51,480 bases of DNA from Propionibacteriaceae bacterium (GTDB lineage Bacteria; Actinomycetota; Actinomycetes; Propionibacteriales; Propionibacteriaceae). This document shows, piece after piece, positions 30,619 through 39,520 of the stretch (the first letter of the stretch is position 1; every line of letters starts with the position of its first letter). The stretch covers positions 1 through 51,480 of the forward strand of contig DATFQP010000098.1 of NCBI GenBank assembly GCA_035264145.1, written 5' to 3'. A program made the translations under genes and the position numbers. Under the pieces are notes generated by a model. It worked only from the letters and a program-made list of their open reading frames with translations. It was not told the DNA's origin and did no database searches.

Positions 30619-31619
30619 CCCGCCATCACCTCATCGGTTGGTGACGCGTCGGAAAGTCGTACCGGGTCGGCCATACCGACGAGGATCTCGCGCGGCCCCT
30701 CGTAGGCCTCCCTGCTGTGCGCAGTGCGGATGTTGTCGACCAGCATCAGGTCACCTGCCTGCCAGGACTGCCGCACGGTTCTGTCCTCGTACACCGCGTT
30801 GATCTGTTCCACCATCTCCTCAGTGAGCGGCTGGCCGGTGCCGAACCTGGTGTTGAACGGCAGGCCGTCGGCACCGTATACGTCCACCAGGTACTCGCGG
30901 ATCTCGGCGGCGATTGTCCACTCGTTCAGAAATGCGACCTGATTGAAGAAGCAGCGCTGACCGGTCATCGGGTGCCGCACCACGGCCCTCCGCCGTTGCC
31001 GGGTCCGTAGTCCGCCGTCGGGTTGCCACGCAAACTCGATCGCGTTGGTATTGCAGTAGCTTTCGATGGCGCCGCGGTCTTCGGTCCCGAACGCTTCCGC
31101 CAGGGTGGCCCCGATCTCGTCGTTGTAGCTGCGGGCGAGCAGCCAGCCGTCCCGCTCGAACCGTTCGGTCAGGTCCTTGGGCAGCGCGTCCAGCACGGTC
31201 GGCGAGTCGGACACCGCGGTGGCACCGCCGCCGGTGGGAGCGCTGAGGCAGGCGAACAGCAGCAAGCTGGGGACCTCGAGCCGGTAGCTCAGCTCGTGGT
31301 GCATGCACATCGCTTGGTTTGCCGGCCAGGTCGCCGAGGAGTACACCCCGTCGGCGTAAACCCGCCGGGCAGCGAAGGCCTCCTTCTCCGACATCAGTGT
31401 TGTTGCCAGCCCCTGGAAGACTTCGCTGATCTCGGCTGCGCTGCCCAGCCCGAGGCCACGGACCAGAACCGCGCCGTGCTCCGCCACGACGGCGCGCAAC
31501 CCGTCCCTATGCTCGGCCGCCCAGCCGGGGGCGTCGCCGGTGGCCTCGGCCCGGAGCATCGGAGGCTTGCCAGGCTCCAGGTCCACGTCGAGCAGTGACA
31601 CCTGCGGTGACGACGACAT
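30615..31619 (-). CDS. Fe(II)/2-oxoglutarate dioxygenase, TauD/SyrP-like
   Basis: HGAVLVRG, HHELSY (HxE), FFNQ and WQAGDLMLVDN..TAHSR; ATG 31619 follows GAAAGGAG SD. Confidence 0.9.
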   Translation of the reverse strand: MSSSPQVSLLDVDLEPGKPPMLRAEATGDAPGWAAEHRDGLRAVVAEHGAVLVRGLGLGSAAEISEVFQGLATTLMSEKEAFAARRVYADGVYSSATWPANQAMCMHHELSYRLEVPSLLLFACLSAPTGGGATAVSDSPTVLDALPKDLTERFERDGWLLARSYNDEIGATLAEAFGTEDRGAIESYCNTNAIEFAWQPDGGLRTRQRRRAVVRHPMTGQRCFFNQVAFLNEWTIAAEIREYLVDVYGADGLPFNTRFGTGQPLTEEMVEQINAVYEDRTVRQSWQAGDLMLVDNIRTAHSREAYEGPREILVGMADPVRLSDASPTDEVMAG

Positions 31620-31642
31620 CTCAGCTCCTTTCTGTGTGCTAG

Positions 31643-34600
31643 TCATGGGGAAGCCAACATACGGACGGACTGCAGGACGGCCTGCCCGGCCTCGACGGGA
31701 CGGGTCCGCGGGAAGTAGTGACCGCCGTCGATCAGCTCGTACAGCTCGACGTGTTCGGCCAGCAGCTCCCAGTCGCGGTGGCGTGCCGGAAACTCCGCCG
31801 TGGCAGAGTCATCTGCAGCGACCACCACGGTGACCGGAGCGGACAGCCGTTCCTGCGGGGGGTTGTCCATGACCTCGGCGAAATAGCGGTGCGCAGATAT
31901 GCAGTCGTGGCGGTACGCGGCACCGACATGCTCGGCACGTTCTGCGTCCAGCTCACCGAGCTGGGTGTAGCCGCCGTCGGCGCCGAGCCGCGCGGAGATC
32001 TCGGCGTTGCTGCGGTCGCTGAGCTCCGTGACGGCGGCGCGCCGGCACACCGCGCTACCGAGCAGCTGCGCGCCGAGGAATACCCCTGAGACCGTGGTTC
32101 CGGCCCGCTGCAGGCGCCGGGCCGTCTCGACGGCGAGGGCAGCGCCGGAGGAGTGGCCCCAGAGCAGGACGTCCGTCAGACCGCGCGCGGAGATCTCGGC
32201 GACCACCCGGTCAACCACTTGGTCCAGCGGTGCGAACGACTCGCTGGTGGCGCCGACGTCATGACCCGGTAGCTCGACGGCATACACAGTGAGACCGCTG
32301 TCGTGCAGCACTCTCGCCATTGGTTGGAAGTTCACAGCGTTGCCGCCGGCGTACGGAAAGCACACGAGGGCGCCGGTCTGCCCGCCATTCGATCCCGACA
32401 GTGCCTGCAGCAGTTCGGACTGCCCGTCGGATCTGCCCTCCATGACAGCCGCCAGGTCAGCGAGGATCGGATGCCGGGTGAGCTCCTTGAGGGACACCGC
32501 CCGGTCGAGGGTTATCGCGAGCTTCACCGCTGACAGTGACGTGCCACCCCGGTCGAAGAAGTGGTCGCCGCGGCTTATCTGCTCCGGTGGGATGCCGAGC
32601 ACCGTGGCCCAAGCGGCAGCCAAGCGCCGTTCGGTCGATGTCGCGGGCGCGTCGTAGCGGTCCTCCACCGCGGCGAGTTGGGCGGCAAGAGCGGTCAGCG
32701 TCTTCCTGTCCGTCTTGCCGTTGGCCGTCAACGGCAGGCGCTCGCGCCAGTGAAATGCCGACGGGATCATGTATTCCGGAAGCGACTCGCCCAGCCGTTT
32801 CCGCAGCCAGCCGTCGTCGAGCTGTCGCGGCCCGCTGTAGAAGGCCACCAGGTGTTTGCTCTGGTCGGCGCTCTCGGCGACTACCACCGCGCCGTCGCGG
32901 ACACCGGGCATACGCAGCAGCGTGTTCTCGATCTCGCCGATCTCGATCCGGAAACCGCGGATCTTCAGTTGGGAGTCCCGACGGCCAAGAAATTCTAGCT
33001 TGCCGTCGGGCCGCCAGCGGCCGCGGTCGCCGCTTCGGTACCGGCGCCGGTCGGGGCGGTCGGGGTCAGCCAGGAACGCCGCCTGGGTGCGTTCGGGGTC
33101 GTTGATATATCCGCGGCCGACGCAGACCCCGGAGAAGACGATCTCACCCGGCGCGCCGAGTGGCACCAATGCCAAGTGCTCGTCGACGACATGGATGGCC
33201 ACGTTGTTGATGGGGCGACCGAGTGGGATCCGGTCGGAGTCGGGGACCCTGTCCATGACCTCGTGGTTGGTATCGTCCGATGTCTCGGTCAGTCCGTACG
33301 CGTTAACGAGTTTGATCCCGGGCTGTGACGCGAACCAGCGTTGGGCCAGCTCTCTCTTCAGCGCCTCGCCGGTAACTGAAACGCAGCGGAGGTCAGGTAA
33401 CGGCCGAGGGTTGCGGTCCAGGGAGGCCAAGACGACCTCGAGGTACGAGGGAACGACCTGTAGGACCGCGACCCGTCCGCCGACGATCGTCTCAACGAAC
33501 CTCGGGACGTCCAGGATCACCTCCTGCTCAACTAGCAATGTCCGGCCGCCGACCAGCAGTGCGGAAACCAGCTGCCACAGCGAGATGTCGAAGCACTGCG
33601 GTGCGGTCTGGGCCACCACCTGATCTGCGCCGATCCCCAGGTCGTCGATCTTGGCGAACAGGTGGTTGAGCAGGCCGGCATGCTCGCACATCGCACCCTT
33701 CGGCTCACCGGTCGAGCCAGAAGTAAAGTAGATGTACGCGAGCTGATCCGGCCCTACGCGGACACCCAAATCGCCGTCGGCATGGCCGTCGCTGTATCCG
33801 TCGTCGATGTGTAGCTTTCGTACCTCGGGTACGGAGTCGAGGGCTGGATCCAGCGTGGTTGTGCTGCCGGGTTCAGTCAGTACGAGCCTGCAGTCGGCAC
33901 GGGAAAGCATGGTCGCGATGCGATCGGCCGGGAAGTGCGGCTCGATCGGCAGGTACACGCCACCGGCCTTGAACACCGCGAGGACGGCGATCAGCCAATC
34001 CAGATTGCGCTCCGTCACCACCGCGACAACGCCTTCGCGCCGCAGTCCTTGCGCCAACAGGGCTCGACCTAATCGGTTGGCACGGCCGTTGAGTTCCCGG
34101 TAGGTCAGCTGCTGAGCACCATGCACGGCTGCGACAGTCTCAGGGTGAGCCTCCACCTGCCGCTCGAACAGCTCGTGGAACCGGCAGTCCGGTAGGTCCC
34201 GCTTCGGTCCGGCGAGTCCTTCGAGCTGGAAGCACAGTTCACTCGCGGAGAGCAGACTCTGCCGTCGGTGCTCGGCATCCAGATCGGCAGCCATCAGCTC
34301 CAGCGCTGTGAGGTGATACCCGGCGATCCTGGCGGCGGAGTCTGCATCGAGCACGTCGGTTCCGTACCGCAGTCTCAGGGCGAGCCGGTCGTCGTCGCTC
34401 GAGGTGCCCACCCACAGCACCGTGTCCTCGGAAAGAGTTCCGTCGTTGCCGGTCGGATCGAGCACTGTCTCGAAGGACGGTTCCGTGAGGCCCAGGTCGC
34501 GCCTGAGAACATCGACCGGGAAGTCACTGTGCGCCAGCAGTTCTGACTCGGCTCGATGAGTGGCCAAAAGCAACGTCCGCCATGAGTTGGGTTCGGTCGT

Positions 34601-34897
34601 GATCCGGCAGAGCAGTGGTTGGCCGCCTTGCGGGCCGACGTAGCCCGTCGCGACTTCACCTTCCCCGGACAGTGCGGCGAGAACCTTGGCGTGCGCAGCC
34701 AACAGCACTGAACTGAGGGGGACGGCCAGCTCGTCGGCCAGCCGGCGCAACGTCGCAACGAGGCCGTCAGGGATATTCGCTTCGTGCTCGGCTGTGCCAG
34801 CCAACGGATCAAGGGTCCAGCGTGGGATAGCGGTGAATCCACCCGCCACGAGCGCAGCACGCCAGAATTCCCGGTCGGCCTGCAACTGAACTTCCAT
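31643..34897 (-). CDS. Single-module NRPS: truncated C half-domain, A, T, TE
   Basis: LTYREL, AYIYFTSGSTGEPKG, FDIS, NAYGLTE, GRGY, YRSGD, GRRD.QLKIRGFRIE.GEIE and NGK; T motif FFDRGGTSL; TE motifs FPYAGG, GHSSG and GGHYF. ATG 34897 (GAGGA SD) preferred over 34912. Confidence 0.95.
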   Translation of the reverse strand: MEVQLQADREFWRAALVAGGFTAIPRWTLDPLAGTAEHEANIPDGLVATLRRLADELAVPLSSVLLAAHAKVLAALSGEGEVATGYVGPQGGQPLLCRITTEPNSWRTLLLATHRAESELLAHSDFPVDVLRRDLGLTEPSFETVLDPTGNDGTLSEDTVLWVGTSSDDDRLALRLRYGTDVLDADSAARIAGYHLTALELMAADLDAEHRRQSLLSASELCFQLEGLAGPKRDLPDCRFHELFERQVEAHPETVAAVHGAQQLTYRELNGRANRLGRALLAQGLRREGVVAVVTERNLDWLIAVLAVFKAGGVYLPIEPHFPADRIATMLSRADCRLVLTEPGSTTTLDPALDSVPEVRKLHIDDGYSDGHADGDLGVRVGPDQLAYIYFTSGSTGEPKGAMCEHAGLLNHLFAKIDDLGIGADQVVAQTAPQCFDISLWQLVSALLVGGRTLLVEQEVILDVPRFVETIVGGRVAVLQVVPSYLEVVLASLDRNPRPLPDLRCVSVTGEALKRELAQRWFASQPGIKLVNAYGLTETSDDTNHEVMDRVPDSDRIPLGRPINNVAIHVVDEHLALVPLGAPGEIVFSGVCVGRGYINDPERTQAAFLADPDRPDRRRYRSGDRGRWRPDGKLEFLGRRDSQLKIRGFRIEIGEIENTLLRMPGVRDGAVVVAESADQSKHLVAFYSGPRQLDDGWLRKRLGESLPEYMIPSAFHWRERLPLTANGKTDRKTLTALAAQLAAVEDRYDAPATSTERRLAAAWATVLGIPPEQISRGDHFFDRGGTSLSAVKLAITLDRAVSLKELTRHPILADLAAVMEGRSDGQSELLQALSGSNGGQTGALVCFPYAGGNAVNFQPMARVLHDSGLTVYAVELPGHDVGATSESFAPLDQVVDRVVAEISARGLTDVLLWGHSSGAALAVETARRLQRAGTTVSGVFLGAQLLGSAVCRRAAVTELSDRSNAEISARLGADGGYTQLGELDAERAEHVGAAYRHDCISAHRYFAEVMDNPPQERLSAPVTVVVAADDSATAEFPARHRDWELLAEHVELYELIDGGHYFPRTRPVEAGQAVLQSVRMLASP

Positions 34898-34967
34898 CAA
34901 TCCGTTCCTCATATCACCGTTGGATAGGGCTGCCTCGTGCTGCCAGTACGTCGTCCCAGCCGCGTGC

Positions 34968-35375
34968 TCAGCCCTCGATCACCACCACAAAGGGTTTGGA
35001 CGTCACGCCGGAGTCGGGTCCCGCACGCGAAGCCGGTAACGACCCGGCTGCCCGAACTCAGCCTGGGTCATGAACTGGCCCGACTGGTCGTCTTCGTGGG
35101 TAACGGGAAATCCAGCCACTTGCCTCCCTCCCAGCGCTGCACCCGCAGAAAGGTGCCTGTCCCAGCGCGGTACGTACCTTGGATTCGAATGGCTTCGAAG
35201 GGCCAGGCCGATGCGGCCAAGTCCTCCAGCTGGATGGTCGACTCGTTTCTTCCGGTATCCGTCGATTCATCTGAGCGCCCACTCGGCGACGTGCCCATCG
35301 GCATTGTCACGGTCGCCGTCACCGTAACGACGGGTTGCGCCGTCACGCCGCCCCCATCTTGATTCGCGAAAGAAC
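34968..35375 (-). pseudogene. Frameshifted extracytoplasmic domain continuing the C-terminal tail of the Pls-like protein
   Basis: Correcting single-base indels near 35370, 35090 and 35016 gives ...LLLGALFFANQDGGGVTAQPVVTVTATVT...RIQGTY...FLRVQRWEGGKWLDFPLPTKTDQSGQFMTQAEFGQPGRYRLRVRDPDSGVTSKPFVVVIEG-stop(34968). Confidence 0.55.
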
Positions 35376-38300
35376 AACGCGCCGAGAAGCAGCGCGGCCA
35401 AGGTGGTGGCGGCTAGGGCCAGAGATCCGAAGCGTTTCTTATCCGCAGGATTCTGAACCGGCACAGGTCCATGAACCTCCTGCTCCGGCAGTTGAGCAGG
35501 GTGCAGACCTCCGCTGAGTACCGCACCCACGGGGGCTGTCTCTACCGTGGCGGCATCGTCTGGGCCGGTGGGAGTTATGTCTGTCTTCTCGGTGACTGCA
35601 GCAACTGCGTCGACCCTCTCGCCGTCAGCCTCCTCGGAGCCGCCAGCAACTGCATCAACCTCGTCGCGGCGTTGCCGAACCGTGAGCGCGGCCGGGGACT
35701 GCAGCTCCCGGGCCGGGTTTCCGCCCCACCGGGCGCCGGCCGGGACCTGCTCGCCCTTGATCAGGAAGCAGTCGGTGGTGAGCTCGGCGCCATCGCCGAT
35801 GGTCACGCCATAGTGGACGTGCGAATTCGTCCCGAGGGTGACGTCGGAGCCGAGGGTGGAGTAATCCGTCTTGAAGGTGGCGTCCTCTTGCGAGTGGCAC
35901 TGGATCGTGCTCATTTCGTTGAGTACGCAGTCGTCGCCGATAGTCACCAGCGACCGCTCCGGGATACCGCAGCCGTCGTTGAAAACCCGGCGGCCGACCC
36001 GGGTGCCAAGTCCCCGCAGGACCACGTTGATGAACGGCGTGCCGGCGAAAACTGTGAGAATCGCGGTTGATGGCACCTTCCAGTACCGTTCATGGCGCCA
36101 CATCGCGGGCTGGTAGAGCGAGCAGAACAGCACGGGCAGGGGCTTGAATCCGGTCACGATCCGTTCGACCAGGACCCAGTAGGCGACACCGAATACCGTG
36201 GAGAGCACGAGTTCGGACGCGATCGCCGCCGCCCCCATGGAGGCGTAGAGGTCCCCGGCGATGCCCATCAGCACAGTGAGCAGGAAGACGAACATCCACC
36301 GCGCGAACAGGCACCACACGATGCTGACGAGGTTGTGCCTGTTCTTGGCGGCGAGGCGGCGGCCGAACTCGTCACCGGTCCTCAGGTGGTCGAAAGTGCT
36401 GTCACGCTCGACCGACCGCGGGATCTCGAAGGGCGGAGAGCCCAGCAGCCCGACATTCTCCCGGATCGGCCCGCTGATGGGCACCATGACCTTGGTCGCG
36501 AGTAGGCAGTTGTCGCCGGTCCTGCCTTGCGACGGGTAGGCGATGCCGTTCCCGAGGAAATTCCGTGCCCCTATGGCGGCTCTCGAGAGTCGGAAAGATG
36601 TGCTCGAGAATTGAGCGTTCAACATCGACAGCGCGTCGGCGACCATCGTTCCGCTGCCGATGGAGCTGAGGTACGGGCTCTCGTGCTTGACATTGCCGCC
36701 GAAATTCGCCCCCGTCTGTACGATCTTCCCGAGGTCGTACCCGATGCCACGCAGGTAGTACACGATCCACGAGGTGTCGCCGACGAGATTGCTCAAGAAC
36801 TTGGCATTGGAGAAGCGCACGATCCACCGGTGGACCCCGTAGTGGAAGCCGTACAGTCGGTAAACCTTGTCGGGGGTTATCGCGAGGTTGAGCAGGTGTG
36901 GGACGGTCATCACGATGAGAATGCCAGCGATCACCGTGCCGAAGTACAGCACAAAGGAGACAGCCAGGGCGTCGCGATAGAACGTCCAGCTGGTGAAAGC
37001 AGCTGTCCCCTCGCCCATTAGCTCGCTCAGTCTGGGGACTGCGGCCAGCAACATCATGACGCCGCCGATTCCCAGCGGGAGGTATACCAGGAGCAGGGTC
37101 AGCAGTTGCAGGATGGCGTAGGCGGCCCTCCGTAAGGCGCTGCACGGAGCCGGATCGACCGCTAGGAACTCGTCCAAGGTCTGCTGCCCCGGTGTCCCGT
37201 GCCAGTGCTGGCCGTCGGGCACGGCCTGCCCGGGATGCAGCGAGGAAGCGTGGCCGAGCTGGCTCCCGTCGCCCATCGAGGTCTCGATGTCGATAACCGT
37301 CGCCTCGCTAATCACCGCGTTTTTCCCAATGGTGATTGGGCCCACGTGGATGAATCCGGCATGTGCTCGATAACCGTTGACGAAGGCGTCCTTGCGAATG
37401 ACCGTGCCATCGCCGATGGTCAGCAGGTCGGTGCAGATAGGCATGTGCGTCGAGAAGATCACAACGCCGCGCCCGACCTTCGCGCCCAGTGCCCGCAGGT
37501 AGAGCGTGAACAGCGGCGAACCGGTGAACAGGGCAATTGGGTTCCGCCGGACCAGAGTCTTGACAACCCAGAAGCGCACGTACGCCAGGCTCCAGATGCG
37601 GATCTGCTGGGGCTTCCATCGACCGATGAGAATCCACTTCGCCAGGATCGGGACGGTGAAGAGGAAGAGGAACACCGCGAAGCCGGAGACGACCGACCGG
37701 AGATAGATGTCAAGCACACCTGAGCCCGCCGAAATCCACTCGTAGCCTTGGGCGATGACCAGCGCGGCGAGGTAAGAATATGCGAGGAAGATCAGGAGCT
37801 GAAGGGCCCCACAGAGGACGAAGTGCGGCGTTCCCGCCGGTCCCGCCACCTCGACAGAGGTCGGAGCCGGCGACTCGACAGGAACAGGCGTCGCCTCCGC
37901 CAGTGCCGTGGCCAGGCTTCTGATCGTGGGGTGTTGGTAAACGTCCTTGATCGATACCGATGGCAGGTCTGGCCGCTTTCTGATCCGGGCGCAGAACTGG
38001 GCCATCACCATCGAGTCCGCGCCCAGGTCGTCGAAGAAATTGTCGTCGATCGACACCCGCTCTGCGCGCACGACATCAGTGAGCACGTCGGCGAGGACCC
38101 GCTCGAGAGGAACAGGTGCGGTATCCGCCAGTGCCGCGGCCAGGCTTCTGATCGTGCGGTGTTGGTAAACGTCCTTGATCGATACCGACGGCAGGTCTGG
38201 CCGCTTTCTGACCCGGGCGCAGAACTGGGCCATCACCATCGAGTCCGCACCCAGATCGTCGAAGAAGTTGCTGTCGACCGACACCCGCTCTACACGCACG

Positions 38301-38425
38301 ACGTCAGCCAAGATCTCGGCGAAGGTGCTCTCGGTGCGCGACTCCGAGCAAGTGGCCACGCCCTGTGTCGTAGTGGGCGAATCAGTTAGGCCGGCTGTCA
38401 AGGCACCTAGAGCTTCTTGGGTCAT
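35267..38425 (-). CDS. Pls/PosA-like membrane NRPS subunit: T-T carrier domains plus three TM/hexapeptide-repeat condensation-like units, no A domain
   Basis: Two FFDDLGADS motifs; AKWILIGRWKP; three LRALGAKVG / LRGIGYDLG / LRGLGTRVG units, each followed by IGxxxV beta-helix repeats; terminal WGGNPA. ATG 38425 follows AAGGA SD. Confidence 0.9.
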   Translation of the reverse strand: MTQEALGALTAGLTDSPTTTQGVATCSESRTESTFAEILADVVRVERVSVDSNFFDDLGADSMVMAQFCARVRKRPDLPSVSIKDVYQHRTIRSLAAALADTAPVPLERVLADVLTDVVRAERVSIDDNFFDDLGADSMVMAQFCARIRKRPDLPSVSIKDVYQHPTIRSLATALAEATPVPVESPAPTSVEVAGPAGTPHFVLCGALQLLIFLAYSYLAALVIAQGYEWISAGSGVLDIYLRSVVSGFAVFLFLFTVPILAKWILIGRWKPQQIRIWSLAYVRFWVVKTLVRRNPIALFTGSPLFTLYLRALGAKVGRGVVIFSTHMPICTDLLTIGDGTVIRKDAFVNGYRAHAGFIHVGPITIGKNAVISEATVIDIETSMGDGSQLGHASSLHPGQAVPDGQHWHGTPGQQTLDEFLAVDPAPCSALRRAAYAILQLLTLLLVYLPLGIGGVMMLLAAVPRLSELMGEGTAAFTSWTFYRDALAVSFVLYFGTVIAGILIVMTVPHLLNLAITPDKVYRLYGFHYGVHRWIVRFSNAKFLSNLVGDTSWIVYYLRGIGYDLGKIVQTGANFGGNVKHESPYLSSIGSGTMVADALSMLNAQFSSTSFRLSRAAIGARNFLGNGIAYPSQGRTGDNCLLATKVMVPISGPIRENVGLLGSPPFEIPRSVERDSTFDHLRTGDEFGRRLAAKNRHNLVSIVWCLFARWMFVFLLTVLMGIAGDLYASMGAAAIASELVLSTVFGVAYWVLVERIVTGFKPLPVLFCSLYQPAMWRHERYWKVPSTAILTVFAGTPFINVVLRGLGTRVGRRVFNDGCGIPERSLVTIGDDCVLNEMSTIQCHSQEDATFKTDYSTLGSDVTLGTNSHVHYGVTIGDGAELTTDCFLIKGEQVPAGARWGGNPARELQSPAALTVRQRRDEVDAVAGGSEEADGERVDAVAAVTEKTDITPTGPDDAATVETAPVGAVLSGGLHPAQLPEQEVHGPVPVQNPADKKRFGSLALAATTLAALLLGALFFRESRWGRRDGATRRYGDGDRDNADGHVAEWALR
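37874..38329. repeat. 228-bp tandem duplication (2 copies) encoding the two carrier domains
   Basis: 37874-38101 versus 38102-38329; long identical runs such as GTGTTGGTAAACGTCCTTGATCGATACCGA and GCAGAACTGGGCCATCACCATCGAGTCCGC recur exactly 228 nt apart. Confidence 0.95.
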
Positions 38426-38482
38426 GTAAGCATCCTTGAACAAGGACTCGACGACTTCGAGACTGCTCGGCAAGTCATGTCA

Positions 38483-39502
38483 TCAGCGTGGAAGCTGGCC
38501 GTTTCGGTGGGCGGTTCGGGCGGATCCCGAGGCGGTGCTCAGCTCATCGGAGCGGAGCACATCCTCGCCGTACAGATCGTGCACCCAGTTAGCGTGGTAG
38601 ACGGTGTCGAGATAGCGCTCGCCGAAGTCTGGAGCGATAGCGACCGCGGTAAGGTCTTCCCTGCCATTGACGGACAACCAGCCCAACGCGCCGCTGACCA
38701 CTGTGCCCGTGGAGCCGCCGAAGAGGAATCCCCGGCCTGCCAATCGATGGCAGGCACGGATAGTGTCCGCCTCCTCGACACGCACGACGTCGTCCACGTA
38801 GGACTCGTCGAGCATGGGGGGACTGACGCTCGTGCCAAGCCCTGGAATCATCCGGCGTCCCGGGGCACCGCCAAAGGTCACCGAGCCCACGCTGTCCACT
38901 GCTACGACCCGGACCGGCCGGTCCCATTCCCGGAAGTACCGTGCGCAGCCCATCAGGGTCCCGCACGTCCCGGCACCAACGAACAGCAAGTCGAGCTGCG
39001 GAAACTGGCGGGCGATCGCCGGCGCCGTTATGCGGTAGTGCGCCTTCCAGTTCTGCGGATTGCAGTACTGGTTCAGCCATACGTATCGGTCGTCGGATGC
39101 GCACAGCGCTCGGACGTAGCTGATCCGCGCGCCAAGGAAACCGCTGGCGGCATCCGGCTCTGTAATGACGTGGACGTGACTACCGAACGCCTGCATCAGT
39201 CCTTTGGTCGACAGGTTGCAGCGAGAGTCAGTGACGCATAGGAACCGGTAGCCTTTGCTCGCTGCGATCATGCTCAGCGCAACGCCCAGATTCCCTGACG
39301 AGGACTCGACCAGGACCGACTGGGGCGTCAGGACTCCGTCCCGCTCGGCCGCCTCCACCATCTCGGTCGCGGCTTTCAGCTTGATCGACCCAGCGAAGTT
39401 GAAGCCTTCACACTTGAGGAACAGCGGGTGCCCGAACGTCGGCTGAAGATCGACGTAGAGCTCCTCCTCGTTGAAATCCTGGGGCGTCGAAATGATGGGC
39501 AC
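38483..39502 (-). CDS. sbnA: SbnA-family 2,3-diaminopropionate biosynthesis protein (PLP, cysteine synthase fold)
   Basis: KCEGFNFAGSIK, ESSSGNLG, WLNQY, GAGTCGTL, IPGLG, GGSTG and PDFGERYLDTVY; GGAGG SD before GTG; co-clustered with sbnB. Confidence 0.92.
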   Translation of the reverse strand: MPIISTPQDFNEEELYVDLQPTFGHPLFLKCEGFNFAGSIKLKAATEMVEAAERDGVLTPQSVLVESSSGNLGVALSMIAASKGYRFLCVTDSRCNLSTKGLMQAFGSHVHVITEPDAASGFLGARISYVRALCASDDRYVWLNQYCNPQNWKAHYRITAPAIARQFPQLDLLFVGAGTCGTLMGCARYFREWDRPVRVVAVDSVGSVTFGGAPGRRMIPGLGTSVSPPMLDESYVDDVVRVEEADTIRACHRLAGRGFLFGGSTGTVVSGALGWLSVNGREDLTAVAIAPDFGERYLDTVYHANWVHDLYGEDVLRSDELSTASGSARTAHRNGQLPR

Positions 39503-39520
39503 CTTTGCCTCCGTTTTCTA

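Noticed and set aside
31643-34912. Monobactam/beta-lactone (sulfazecin or obafluorin type) pathway
   Set aside because: The TE nucleophile motif is Ser (GHSSG) rather than Cys, and there is no sulfotransferase or multimodule NRPS.
29548-39502. Staphyloferrin B siderophore cluster
   Set aside because: Only sbnA/sbnB homologues are present; no IucA/IucC synthetases, decarboxylase, MFS exporter or iron-uptake genes.
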